DNA of 64,000 bases, taken from positions 109,963-173,962 of the IMG/VR virus record IMGVR_UViG_3300032308_002246. One strand, given 5' to 3'. The notes beneath the pieces are model-generated. The model made no database searches, was not told where the DNA came from, and saw only the letters and a program-made list of their open reading frames with translations. Both the position numbers and the translations under genes were made by a program. This document shows, one piece after another, positions 1 to 10,133 of the stretch; positions within the stretch are counted from its first letter, which is position 1, and every line of letters begins with the position of its first letter. This DNA comes from a virus.

Positions 1-85
1 CCTGCAGATGTGGCTGATGGAACATTCCAGTTCTAAATAAAAAATCATCTGCCATCACACATTAAGCGTGTGCTAGGTTTTGGGC

Positions 86-571
86 ATGACAGAAAAATCA
101 GCTCCTAAAGAAATTCAAGAAGAAACAATCCTCAATCAGTTGAAGTCCGTTATTGCCAAGAAAGTAGAACGGGCAGAAGTTTTTATTGAGGTCCCAGAAC
201 GCATCGGCGTAAAATTGCTGGTTAGCCCAAATGTTACTCAACAACAAATGAGAGCATGGCAGAAGCAGTGTGGCGGAGATTCTCCTAAGGGGATGGACGC
301 AACAAAGTTTGCATGCACAGTTGTTGGACAAACAACAAAGGGTGTTTTTCTAAACGGCGAAGAAGTTCTTGATGATGGTTGGCCATGCACATTTGGTTCA
401 CCAATCATCTTGGAAATGACAGGTACGACAAAAGCAGTTCCAGACGCAGTTCAAAAGTTTTTTGGTCTGGATGCACATGTTGAAGCAGCAGCTCTTGCAA
501 TCATTGAAGCCTGTGGTTTTGGTGACACAATCTCGGCGGAGGCTACCGAAAACCCTACGAAACGGTCATAG
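86..571 (+). CDS. Tail assembly chaperone (gpG-like)
   Basis: Directly upstream of the tape measure gene. ATG 86 lies 6 nt after an extended -10 (TGcTAGGTT, 71-79). Slippery heptamer near the 3' end. Confidence 0.7.
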   Translation: MTEKSAPKEIQEETILNQLKSVIAKKVERAEVFIEVPERIGVKLLVSPNVTQQQMRAWQKQCGGDSPKGMDATKFACTVVGQTTKGVFLNGEEVLDDGWPCTFGSPIILEMTGTTKAVPDAVQKFFGLDAHVEAAALAIIEACGFGDTISAEATENPTKRS

Positions 572-741
572 AGGAACTTTCCGAAGACCCTCGAGTGGCC
601 GCAGCAGCCAGACTTGGCGAACTGTGGGGAACAGACCCAATCGTAATACTTAACTCGGAGCCAGATGAATGGCTGATTAGGTATGCATGCGCAAAGGTAA
701 TTGAAGCAGACCGTAAACGTGCAGAGAGCGAATCACGCTAA
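550..741 (+). other. Programmed -1 frameshift site (A AAC CCT, 550-556) and gpGT-like extension
   Basis: X XXY YYZ heptamer in the chaperone frame. The -1 frame is open from 553 to TAA 739-741 (PYETVIEELSEDPRVAAAARLGELWGTDP...AESESR) and fills the gap before the tape measure gene. Confidence 0.7.
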
Positions 742-779
742 ACTAGTTGTGTCCTCCTATTGCTATTCTGAGGTAATCC

Positions 780-3700
780 GTGGCTGACGCACGCGCAACG
801 ATAAAAATAAATGTAATCACAGACAAGAAAGATTTTGCGTCTGCGATTGCACAAATGAACGGGCTAAATAGCGCACTCGGAAACGGCTCAACAAACTCAA
901 ATAAATTCACCCAGTCTCTAAATAAGACAACTACTTCTTTTAAAAGCTACTCTGGTGGCGCAATGGGTGCGGTAAAAGCAACCCGTGGTTTCAATAACCA
1001 AACATTGACTTCACAAAAACTTATTGGTGCATTGAATAAATCCATGAGAGCAATATTCTGGATTGTTATTGCATTGGGTATCGAGTTTGCAATAACAGCA
1101 GCCACGCTTGCATCAGTTAATGCAGCATTTACAGTTGGGAGAATGGCCGTCAAGGCCTACCATGTCTCACTAGGACTGCTCGCCGGCGCTCTAGCTTCAG
1201 TTACAGCAGCCATAGGCGTTGGTCTTGCTGCTTTTCAGGAATACACAGCAGCGATGACTGCGTTTAGCTACAAGGGCGTAAACGAACTTGGTGACGGCAT
1301 GGAACAGTCATCGAGCGCAATGAGAAATTTTGCAAAAGATACATCACTTGCAACCATGGGTGTTGTTGCACTAACTCAAGCTTATTCAACTATGGCAAAA
1401 CAGGCACCTGTTAGTGCCGCTCAAAGAAAAGCACTTGCCGGAGCACTTGACTTTACAACTACTGCAGAAGACCCAAAGAAAGCATTCCAGAGTCTTTCTC
1501 AGTTTATTGGATTAGTAACAAAAGCAAAAAAAGTTGACTCAAAAGCAACAAGAGCAGCTCAATCGGTTAGCCCTGAGTTTGCAAAAGCAGTAGCTGGACA
1601 AAAAGATAAATCAGCTGGAGCAATACTTGCGTCTTTGTCAAGTGGACAGTTGGCCACTTCTGCTGGCGTAAGTGGAAACTACAAGATGCAACAAACACTT
1701 GTTGGTCAATTCCAGTCTTTTTTAACAGACCTAGTTGTTCAGCTAACAGACTTTGGTAGAAAACTTTTAGAGCCAGCAAAAGATGTCCTTGATTCTTTTT
1801 ACAAAAACTTTAGAAATGCATTCAGAAGAACAGAAGGAATAATAAGCGGTTTTGCAACAGGCACAATGATGCCTGGATTGATAACAATCGGAAACACAAT
1901 TGAAGAATTTTCAGTAAAACTCCTAAGAGATTATTTACCAAAAATTAGCGGTGGTGCTGATTGGCTAAGAAAAACATTTAGCGACCTAAAAGCATCATTT
2001 GCTCAATTTGTTAATTCCTTAGACAAATTTAGAGCAGGTTCAAAAATAATTACAGACACCTTTGGAGAACCGTTACTTGCGCTATTTAAAGGATTTGGTA
2101 GAAATGCTGAACAACTTGGTTATCTTGCTGAAGACAACGAAGAAGCATTTTTGAAGTGGGGTAAAGCTCTTGAAGGATTAGTATTCTCAATCTTTGATTT
2201 TTTTGCTGCAATGAAAGTTGCTTTCACAGAGGCACTTCCAGTGCTAACACAAATCGTAAATGGACTAGCGTCGTTGATTCGTGGTTTGTCTGCAGTTATA
2301 AGCCTTACTGGAACTCTTGGTGGCGGTGGAGGAAACAGCGGCACGGTAAATGCAGGAATGGGACCAGTCCTATCAGCGGCGCTTACGATGGGTCTCATGT
2401 ATGGAGGATTTAAAGGTAGACGTCGTTTTGGAAGAGGTGGTGGGATAGGAACAAAAACTGGACCCTCAACTGCAAGCAAATATGGTTATCAGCAAGCCGC
2501 AATGAATCAGCCATTGTCCCAGGCTCTATTTGGGCAGTTGGGTTTTGGTGGAGTTATTGGCAGAACCGGTTCTGCTATCTCAGGGGGAAGGAGTTTTGGT
2601 TCAAAAATTTCCGGAGGGTTTACTGCCATGCTGGGTGGGAATTCACGTTCTGTTGCAAATCAAGGAGCTATAGCAGCTAACACAATGTACAGACAGCAAA
2701 CCGGAAGAAATGCTACAAGCGGTCTTACTATCCCGAAGATTGGGGATTTTGACCCATACACAGGTAAAACCATAACTAGCGCAAAAGATTTGGCAGATGC
2801 AAGAAGGGCACGGCGTTCATTAAACCGGCTGACATATAGAGACCTTTTAAAGACCGCAAGAACTGGCGACGCAAGAAATTTGAGCACAAGTGCCGCTGGT
2901 AGCGGTTTTGCAAAAACAACAGTAGGACGAACAAATCCTCTTACTGGCGCAACAATGAATGCCAGACAAGCTGCAATGTTTGGAATTAGAAGCAAGGTTG
3001 GTGGAGCAATGACTGGCCGAGTTGAGGCTATGCAGGCCGGTCTAAGAGGTTCGTTTACGCCTGGCCTTGGAATGGCTGGTTCACTGATTACGGCTTCTGG
3101 TGTTACCTCAAGGATAGGAAATGAAACAGCTCGTTCTGCTGTTGACATGGGCCTTGCCGGTTCATACTTTGGCAAGCGAGGCGCAATAGTTGGTGCCGGA
3201 CTTGGTGTTATGTCTAAAACAACAAACTATTTAGCTGGTTCCATAGCTGGTGGTGCTACAGGCGCACAAATAGCTGGAGTTATAACAGCGGGCCTACCTC
3301 CACAAGCTCAAGCAATTGGTAAGGCTTTAGGTTTTGCTATTGGTACAGCAGTTGGAATATTTACCGTGCGGGCCAGAAGAACAAAAATAGCAAAAGGTGT
3401 AGCTGACGCAATGGTCCAGCAAACTGGAGCGCGCTCTATTGAAGCTCTGTTAAAAAGTCCAATATTGAGCACTGTTAGCGCCACTGCGCAAATTACCAAA
3501 GACACCAAAATATATGATAAAGCAATAGCTATGTCTAGAGGAGGCACTAGTGATTCTGCGGTAAGAGACTACCTGCTTTCGACCGGAACAATAACCCAAC
3601 AGCAAGCACAAGCAATTGACATGAATGACGGTGGTTTTATTGACCAACTTGAGTCAAATAATCTTGCTTTAAAAATGCAGGGCGAGTCTTACAAAAAATT

Positions 3701-5159
3701 TGAAAATAATATCAACGCATTAACCTTATCAACTGGCAAATCAAGAGCTGAAATATTCAAACTAGCCAAGGAAACAGGCGTTAATCTTTTTGATGCTACG
3801 AAGAGTTTAACTCAGAATTTTTCTGACCTTGGACTATCAATGAGAAAAACTGCAGAAGATATAAAAAATGCCATGCAGGATATAAGAACTTCAGCTTTAA
3901 ACGAGCTAGACAAAGTTCGAGCCAGACGTGAGTCTTTTGAAGCGCTGCAATCAAGCCAAAGAGATTTAGCAGAGCTTGGAGCTGGGGCAACACAAGATGA
4001 TTTTGCAAACTACCAAAGAACAATGTCTGATTTTGTTGCTGCTGCATTTCCAGACGACCCAGCAAAACAAATGGCGGTGTTTAGGGGTTTTGCAAGTGGC
4101 TCCATGTTTACTGACCCGAGCTCTCCATTTTTTGGTAATAAAGGTTTAGAAACAGCATTCAACAGAACTCAAGACATTGGTGGTGGTTTGATGATTAGCG
4201 GCAGAAGCGCTGCTCAAGCTGCCGCAAATACGGCATACCAGGGATACGCTTCGAAAATTGCTACTCCGGGTATAAGCGGAATGTTAAATCTTAGTGGAGC
4301 TCAGTTTGCCAGAGGAGATGTTGCTGGCAATGTTATAAATGAAAGAATTGCAGCTGCAATATCTGGTGGAACATTTAACCAAACAGGTTTTGAAGAATTC
4401 TTAAAAACTGGGGATATGACAAATATTACCAACTCCGCAGAAATAATGAAATTGTTAGAAGGTTTTGGTGTTCAGTTTCAGGCAGGAGACGCAACTGCTC
4501 TTCAAACTCAAAACAACCTAGAAGCAGCAATACTTGCTGGAAGCCTCGATAAAGTAGCAACAGAGCTACATCAACAGTTTCTTGATGCTATAGAAACAGG
4601 TTTTGACTCAACTCCAGAGTGGTGGGAAACACAACCAAAGTGGTGGACTGAAATGCTTGCTGCTGGATTTGTTGGTGGTGACACAACTAGTTCAAGACGT
4701 GGCATGATTGGGGATACATCTACATCTAGAACCCTTGGAAGGACTCTTTCAGCGCATTCACGTTTTGATTCAGCTTTAACTGGTTCAAGAAAAATAACAA
4801 GTGCTTTTAGAACATTCGGTCTTGGTTCACCAAGCTCGGACCATGCTGCCGGAAGAGCGTATGACCTAACTGGACAGAATCTTGGACAATATGCGAAGAT
4901 GATTTCTGACTCTGGAGGATTTGCAGAGTTTCACGGTTCTGCCAGTTCTAGACACCTCCATGTTGTTCCACCACTTGGCGATACTAGCGTTACAAGGGTT
5001 TCTTCAGGTAAGGGTTCCTCTTCAAGTGGTGGGGGAGTGGCATTAGCTCCTGTGACAGTAAATGTTTATGGAGCTGAAAATCAGTCTCCACAAGACATCG
5101 CTAGACAGGTAATTCAGGAAATTGAAAGAGCACAAAGAAATTGGAGAGAAAGGTACTAG
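780..5159 (+). CDS. Tape measure protein with C-terminal M15-like peptidoglycan peptidase motif
   Basis: 1459 aa, Ala/Gly-rich helical protein after the chaperone. C-terminal SDHAAGRAYD...HLHV zinc-peptidase-like motif and a typical 'VTVNVYGA...IARQVIQEI' ending. Confidence 0.9.
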   Translation: MADARATIKINVITDKKDFASAIAQMNGLNSALGNGSTNSNKFTQSLNKTTTSFKSYSGGAMGAVKATRGFNNQTLTSQKLIGALNKSMRAIFWIVIALGIEFAITAATLASVNAAFTVGRMAVKAYHVSLGLLAGALASVTAAIGVGLAAFQEYTAAMTAFSYKGVNELGDGMEQSSSAMRNFAKDTSLATMGVVALTQAYSTMAKQAPVSAAQRKALAGALDFTTTAEDPKKAFQSLSQFIGLVTKAKKVDSKATRAAQSVSPEFAKAVAGQKDKSAGAILASLSSGQLATSAGVSGNYKMQQTLVGQFQSFLTDLVVQLTDFGRKLLEPAKDVLDSFYKNFRNAFRRTEGIISGFATGTMMPGLITIGNTIEEFSVKLLRDYLPKISGGADWLRKTFSDLKASFAQFVNSLDKFRAGSKIITDTFGEPLLALFKGFGRNAEQLGYLAEDNEEAFLKWGKALEGLVFSIFDFFAAMKVAFTEALPVLTQIVNGLASLIRGLSAVISLTGTLGGGGGNSGTVNAGMGPVLSAALTMGLMYGGFKGRRRFGRGGGIGTKTGPSTASKYGYQQAAMNQPLSQALFGQLGFGGVIGRTGSAISGGRSFGSKISGGFTAMLGGNSRSVANQGAIAANTMYRQQTGRNATSGLTIPKIGDFDPYTGKTITSAKDLADARRARRSLNRLTYRDLLKTARTGDARNLSTSAAGSGFAKTTVGRTNPLTGATMNARQAAMFGIRSKVGGAMTGRVEAMQAGLRGSFTPGLGMAGSLITASGVTSRIGNETARSAVDMGLAGSYFGKRGAIVGAGLGVMSKTTNYLAGSIAGGATGAQIAGVITAGLPPQAQAIGKALGFAIGTAVGIFTVRARRTKIAKGVADAMVQQTGARSIEALLKSPILSTVSATAQITKDTKIYDKAIAMSRGGTSDSAVRDYLLSTGTITQQQAQAIDMNDGGFIDQLESNNLALKMQGESYKKFENNINALTLSTGKSRAEIFKLAKETGVNLFDATKSLTQNFSDLGLSMRKTAEDIKNAMQDIRTSALNELDKVRARRESFEALQSSQRDLAELGAGATQDDFANYQRTMSDFVAAAFPDDPAKQMAVFRGFASGSMFTDPSSPFFGNKGLETAFNRTQDIGGGLMISGRSAAQAAANTAYQGYASKIATPGISGMLNLSGAQFARGDVAGNVINERIAAAISGGTFNQTGFEEFLKTGDMTNITNSAEIMKLLEGFGVQFQAGDATALQTQNNLEAAILAGSLDKVATELHQQFLDAIETGFDSTPEWWETQPKWWTEMLAAGFVGGDTTSSRRGMIGDTSTSRTLGRTLSAHSRFDSALTGSRKITSAFRTFGLGSPSSDHAAGRAYDLTGQNLGQYAKMISDSGGFAEFHGSASSRHLHVVPPLGDTSVTRVSSGKGSSSSGGGVALAPVTVNVYGAENQSPQDIARQVIQEIERAQRNWRERY

Positions 5160-5161
5160 TT

Positions 5162-6418
5162 ATGGCCATCTCTAGAATAAGGCGCTCAACTACCACATCA
5201 ATAAAAGTTGGAGAGAGAACACCAGTTACAACTGTTTCCACTGGGACCCTAATACGCTCGATGCAACAAATAAATTTGGGCACCGACACACCACTTCAAT
5301 ACGAGTTTCATTTTGGAATATCAACATTTACTCACGATTCAAGTGGCGTTCTTTATACAGAAATTCCAAGGCCATTAAATCTTCCATTAGTTGATGCAAC
5401 TTCGCAAAAACTTGAAAGATGCAGTTTTGAGTTTTTAATAGCAGTTCCATACGATTCACTTGGCAGTTCAATTGATTCGCATATAACACTTTTGCAAGAT
5501 TTTGCAAATGAAGCACGTCCGGTTCAGTTTTATAATGTGCATTCTGCTTTGGCCACAAAAACATGGAATATAGATTCGATTACATTTCAAGTAACTAGGG
5601 TAAACGAGTCTGGAAAAGCAACCGCAGTTACTTGCAATATGTCATTGGTTGAGTCAATTGCAAGGACCGAAAGATTTATACAACTGCCTAAATTTACATA
5701 CACAATACCCAAGGGTGTTGGTTTAAGTGGCACTACAGGAACTGGACCAACTGGAGACAAAACACCACCAGACGGAACAACTAATAGCATAATTAGAATA
5801 CAAGGAACAAGCGCTGGTATTACAGTTGCAACCACAGCAACCAACCATGGTTTAAAAAGCGGCACATATGTGAAGATAACAATGATGCAATCGCTTTCGC
5901 CATCAATACTTGCGCTAAATGCTGGTGGAGCACCGGTGCAGATAACCGTAAGTTCAGTGACTCCAACAAAATTTACCTATCGCAGTCCTGGTGGTGGATT
6001 TTTAGATGATACAGAAATTGCTGCTGGAGATGCAACATACACTGTTACTTCAGCAGTAGCTTCGTCTAGTGCATGGGTTTTTAGTGCACCTGCAAGCTCA
6101 TATCAAAATACTGGGAATACCGCTGCATCAACAACAAAAACTACAAATACAGCAAGTACGACAAAAAAAACAGACGTAGTTGTTACTCTTGACGCAGAAA
6201 TACTAGCTTACGACGGCGTTGGACCATTAACCAAAGACCAAGTTGCCAAATACCTGTATGGTCTAAAATCTAGCAATCAAGATTTGTACAATAGGGAGAT
6301 AGGCAAAACTGATTCAGCTGCTTATCAAAAAGCAGTATCATACTTAACAAAATTGTGGACAGAATACGGTCAAGACATAAGAAAAGTAACACTTCAAGAA
6401 ATAGTTCAGAATATCTGA
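5162..6418 (+). CDS. Tail tube initiator/baseplate-associated protein with an extra beta domain
   Basis: Follows the tape measure gene. The N-terminal ~180 aa resemble a tube-initiator fold, followed by a 'TNHGL..G..V.I' small beta domain. Confidence 0.5.
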   Translation: MAISRIRRSTTTSIKVGERTPVTTVSTGTLIRSMQQINLGTDTPLQYEFHFGISTFTHDSSGVLYTEIPRPLNLPLVDATSQKLERCSFEFLIAVPYDSLGSSIDSHITLLQDFANEARPVQFYNVHSALATKTWNIDSITFQVTRVNESGKATAVTCNMSLVESIARTERFIQLPKFTYTIPKGVGLSGTTGTGPTGDKTPPDGTTNSIIRIQGTSAGITVATTATNHGLKSGTYVKITMMQSLSPSILALNAGGAPVQITVSSVTPTKFTYRSPGGGFLDDTEIAAGDATYTVTSAVASSSAWVFSAPASSYQNTGNTAASTTKTTNTASTTKKTDVVVTLDAEILAYDGVGPLTKDQVAKYLYGLKSSNQDLYNREIGKTDSAAYQKAVSYLTKLWTEYGQDIRKVTLQEIVQNI

Positions 6419-6424
6419 TAGCAA

Positions 6425-7924
6425 ATGGCACAATCAATTTATGAAGGATATCCTTCCGAACCAGAACCAATCATCGCTGGAAATATAAATGTACTTGCTA
6501 GGCCCCAGATTAGAACACGAAAAAAAACTGATGGCTCAATCGTAATTGACCCAGCTGGTCCAGATGTTTCAACTCTAATTACAGCTACTTTAACAAAAAG
6601 AATAAACGGCGAACTTCGTGATATAAATTTACCATTATTGAGTTCAGACGGCAGGACTGTTTACACAGAAGCTCAAGCTTGGGCTCAGTATCAAAAAGAT
6701 GGCCTTCATTTGGGCATATTTGAAAAAGTAAAAAAACAGTATAAATCATCAAACGGAGTATTTGAATCAAAACTCATCGCTGTCATAGCTGCCGAAAAGC
6801 TTTCAGAATTAGAACAGGCAAGAGTAAATGCCTTAATCAAATTAAATTCATCTGCATATAATGGAAATGATTATGCAATATCAGATAGAACAGATATACA
6901 AGAAATACTATCAATATTCAACATAACTGGACTTAGGCAAAGTGAATCAGAAACTCTTGCTAGAAGAATGACATCACTGACAGTAAGTTATTCATCCAAT
7001 GCATCAACCGAGGTTTCAGTTCAATATTTAGACACAAACTACAGTATTTTAGAAAATAGATATTTTGACTTAAGAAGAGATGTCCTCTATCGAGGCAGGT
7101 CATACGAGGTTGGCGAGGTTTCAACTTCTCCTGGCTCTGGCGGGTCACCTGTTGTAAGCATTAGGTGTTGGCCAAAAAATGTTCAGCTGATGAAAAGAGA
7201 TAAAAAACCTGAACTTATTGCTGGAACAAATGGTTTTGAATACGCTCAATCTGTTGCAAGACGTTACAGCATGCCTTTTATTGGCCAAAAAACGGGAAAA
7301 CAACAAGCACTTTTTAAGGCAAGGACATCAAGCGGTGCAGACAGTTCGGTGTGGAATGTTCTGGGCGAGGCAGCTGGACAAAACCAGTATCAATTATTTG
7401 AAGTAGATGGGCAGCTAATTTACGGTTCTCTCCAATGGATGCTTTGGAAGTTTGGATTATCTTCAAAACTATCGCCAAAGGGAACAACACAAAAATATAT
7501 TGATTTGGTCTACAACCCGAATCTACCAAATAACGGTGCCGTTGATACTGAAGTGGAAACAACAATATATTCATATTCGCCAACCGGCGGCGGCCCGTCA
7601 TCAATGGTTTATGACGATACTGGAATAGTGGCAGAAAAGTTAATTACAAAAGTAGAGTCAAAAGCTTTTGAGCTGACAACATGGCCAGAAATAAGAAGGT
7701 CAGAAAATGATGGCCTAGAGGGGGATGGTACGGCTACGTTAAAATCTCCAAATGGAAGATTGATACGACCAGGGCACACTGTTTTCTTTTCGGGAATGCC
7801 AGAGTTTTTTAGAGGTGGATATATAGTAAGCGGTGTTTCATTTTCTGAATTTGATTCTCAACCAGTGCAGATAAATTTTAACACTCCACAAAAACCAAAA
7901 GACCAGAAAAAACCAACAGAGTAG
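6425..7924 (+). CDS. Baseplate hub-like protein
   Basis: Lies between the initiator and spike genes. C-terminal 'IRPGHTV.F.G.....GGYIVSGVSF' is typical of hub proteins. Confidence 0.55.
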   Translation: MAQSIYEGYPSEPEPIIAGNINVLARPQIRTRKKTDGSIVIDPAGPDVSTLITATLTKRINGELRDINLPLLSSDGRTVYTEAQAWAQYQKDGLHLGIFEKVKKQYKSSNGVFESKLIAVIAAEKLSELEQARVNALIKLNSSAYNGNDYAISDRTDIQEILSIFNITGLRQSESETLARRMTSLTVSYSSNASTEVSVQYLDTNYSILENRYFDLRRDVLYRGRSYEVGEVSTSPGSGGSPVVSIRCWPKNVQLMKRDKKPELIAGTNGFEYAQSVARRYSMPFIGQKTGKQQALFKARTSSGADSSVWNVLGEAAGQNQYQLFEVDGQLIYGSLQWMLWKFGLSSKLSPKGTTQKYIDLVYNPNLPNNGAVDTEVETTIYSYSPTGGGPSSMVYDDTGIVAEKLITKVESKAFELTTWPEIRRSENDGLEGDGTATLKSPNGRLIRPGHTVFFSGMPEFFRGGYIVSGVSFSEFDSQPVQINFNTPQKPKDQKKPTE

Positions 7925-7929
7925 GAAAA

Positions 7930-8310
7930 ATGTTAGTACCTTCAACTCCAAGATACTCAGTATCAAACTCTTCTAAAGCAAGCAGTTCTCCATTAATTCC
8001 AAATAGCGTTTTTGTTGGTCGGGTTGTTAGAATAAGTGGAGGAGTTTTTGTAAACGTTCCAAAGCTTGCACAGAACCAGATATTCGGTCCATGTAAAGTT
8101 TTTTCAAAATACCCGTCAATTGGCGACAGTGTTTTGGTGGGTTTTCTTGATGGGGCCAAAACAGAACTTGCAGTTTTTGGTGCTCAGTCAACAAATAAAA
8201 GGATTTCCGGCATTGACGACCCAGTATTAGCATCAGATGCTGCAACAAAAAAATATGTTGATGACGAAATACTTGAGCTAAAAGCCTGGGTTCAAGCAAA
8301 CTTTGATTAA
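7930..8310 (+). CDS. Baseplate spike/gpV-like protein
   Basis: OB-fold-like 'GRVV...V.VP...P.IGDSVLVGF' plus 'DAATKKYVD'. Confidence 0.6.
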   Translation: MLVPSTPRYSVSNSSKASSSPLIPNSVFVGRVVRISGGVFVNVPKLAQNQIFGPCKVFSKYPSIGDSVLVGFLDGAKTELAVFGAQSTNKRISGIDDPVLASDAATKKYVDDEILELKAWVQANFD

Positions 8311-8328
8311 GAATGAGAGAATGTATAT

Positions 8329-8625
8329 ATGCCTTTGCTAAAATTTCCACTTACATTTGACCAGTCCGGTACAGCTGAGTTAATTGAAGACGGCGACACC
8401 GCACAATACGACCAGGTTATAGCGCTTACAATGCGTACTATCCCAGGTGAACACCCGCTTGAGCCTGCATATGGGACAATTGACCCAACATTTGAAGCCG
8501 GTGAACCGCAGGGTTTTAGACAGTCAATTAATTCTTTTTGGCCCGAAATAATAGTTACGTCAATTGATAGAGGAAGACCAGATTCAAATGGTACAGATAG
8601 AATAAATGTCTCTTATGAATTGTAG
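8329..8625 (+). CDS. Baseplate wedge gp25/gpW-like protein
   Basis: 'T.PGEHPL.PAYG' matches the gp25-like motif; 98 aa; upstream of baseplate J. Confidence 0.75.
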   Translation: MPLLKFPLTFDQSGTAELIEDGDTAQYDQVIALTMRTIPGEHPLEPAYGTIDPTFEAGEPQGFRQSINSFWPEIIVTSIDRGRPDSNGTDRINVSYEL

Positions 8626-8630
8626 GGAAA

Positions 8631-10133
8631 ATGCCGTCGCCTGACTTTAGTACATACATTGATTTTTCTGGTTTTGACGAACAACCAGCTGCTGTTTATC
8701 AAGATGCTGTTGCGTATGCTCAAACAGCTTTGCCAGAATTCAACCCACGGCCCGGCACGATAGAAGATGCAATTTTGCAGGCCGGAGCGTATGTTGGGGC
8801 ATTGTCAATAGGCGCAATCAACAGACTCCCAAACGGTTTGGTTGAAGGCATTTTAAAAATTATGGGTGTTACCAGAATAGAGTCAACTGCTGGAACGGTT
8901 GATGTAGAAATTGAATTTTTTGATGCAGGGCAAACTGTAGATGCTGGAACACTTTTTGTTTACGATTATTTTGATGGCTCACAAGTAATACAATTGCCTT
9001 TTGTTTTGACTGATGCGGTAACGGCTGCTGAGGCTGAAACAACAGTAACAACAACATTGACATCATTGATAAATGGTGTAATACCATCAATTGCTATAGG
9101 CACACAGTTCTTGCCCGCATCTCCTAGCTCTGTAATATTTTCTTGCACTACGACATCTGTAGTTTCTCAAGGCGATTCAAGCGAAACAGAAACTCAGTTC
9201 CTAAATAGGGCAGCAACATATCTTCAGTCTTTGAGTTCAACACTCAATACAGCAACACAGATTGAAAACTATGTACTTTTAAATTATTCAAATGTAAAAA
9301 GATGCAAAGTTTACGACCTTGTTCGCCCAACCGCTTTTACCGCAACATCTGGAAATGGTTACCACTTAGGCACTTCAGCAAGCGCATATGTAAACCCAGC
9401 TTTTGCTTCATCTGCTTCTGCTCATCCTGGTACTACATATAGGTTTATAACACCAGAGTTCTATGGAGATACAACATACTCCGACACATTCCCAAGCGGT
9501 GTTTACACGACTGTTTCTGACGGCTTAAGTCTAAATGCGGCACAGTCGCTATTAACATACACTGACAATGTTTCATCAACGGCTTCAGTTGGAGAATATG
9601 TTGATGTTGTGATGATGGACACGCTCTTGTCAAGCTATACGGAAAACAACGAAGAGCCTGGATATTTTGCAATTTTTGTAATTGGAGAAGATGGGCTTCC
9701 AGTCGGTAGAGAAACAAAAAATATAATCAAATCAGATATTAAATCACGGGTTTCAGCTGGATTGATTTTTGATGTGATTGACGCATCCGTTTATTATTTA
9801 AATGTTAATGCGACTATTGCAGTAAGGGCTGGTTTTAACTCAACGACAGTTTCTACGGATGTCAAAACAGAGATTGAATCTTTTATTTCTCCCAATCAAT
9901 GGCCTCAATTTGATTCATCCTTAAGAATATTTGACTTAGTTGGTCGAATACTTTCTGTTGAGGGTGTTCAGTATGTTTCGGCAATTAGTACATCAATTCC
10001 AGACTATCCAGATGTGCCGTATGGAAATAATTTATTGGTTCAAGAAATAACAACCGGGGCAACAGTTACATCCTATGAATCCTTATACGTCGGAACCCTG
10101 CCTCAAGCAGTTGTGGAAATTATTGTTTTGTAA
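8631..10133 (+). CDS. Baseplate J-like protein
   Basis: 'G.R...TAG.V', 'G.SSETETQFLNRA', 'ILSVEGVQYV' and gene order. Confidence 0.8.
   Translation: MPSPDFSTYIDFSGFDEQPAAVYQDAVAYAQTALPEFNPRPGTIEDAILQAGAYVGALSIGAINRLPNGLVEGILKIMGVTRIESTAGTVDVEIEFFDAGQTVDAGTLFVYDYFDGSQVIQLPFVLTDAVTAAEAETTVTTTLTSLINGVIPSIAIGTQFLPASPSSVIFSCTTTSVVSQGDSSETETQFLNRAATYLQSLSSTLNTATQIENYVLLNYSNVKRCKVYDLVRPTAFTATSGNGYHLGTSASAYVNPAFASSASAHPGTTYRFITPEFYGDTTYSDTFPSGVYTTVSDGLSLNAAQSLLTYTDNVSSTASVGEYVDVVMMDTLLSSYTENNEEPGYFAIFVIGEDGLPVGRETKNIIKSDIKSRVSAGLIFDVIDASVYYLNVNATIAVRAGFNSTTVSTDVKTEIESFISPNQWPQFDSSLRIFDLVGRILSVEGVQYVSAISTSIPDYPDVPYGNNLLVQEITTGATVTSYESLYVGTLPQAVVEIIVL

Noticed and set aside
462-653. 63-aa ORF overlapping the end of the chaperone
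   Set aside because: It is in the +1 frame and stops early. The -1 frame to 741 fits the chaperone frameshift better.
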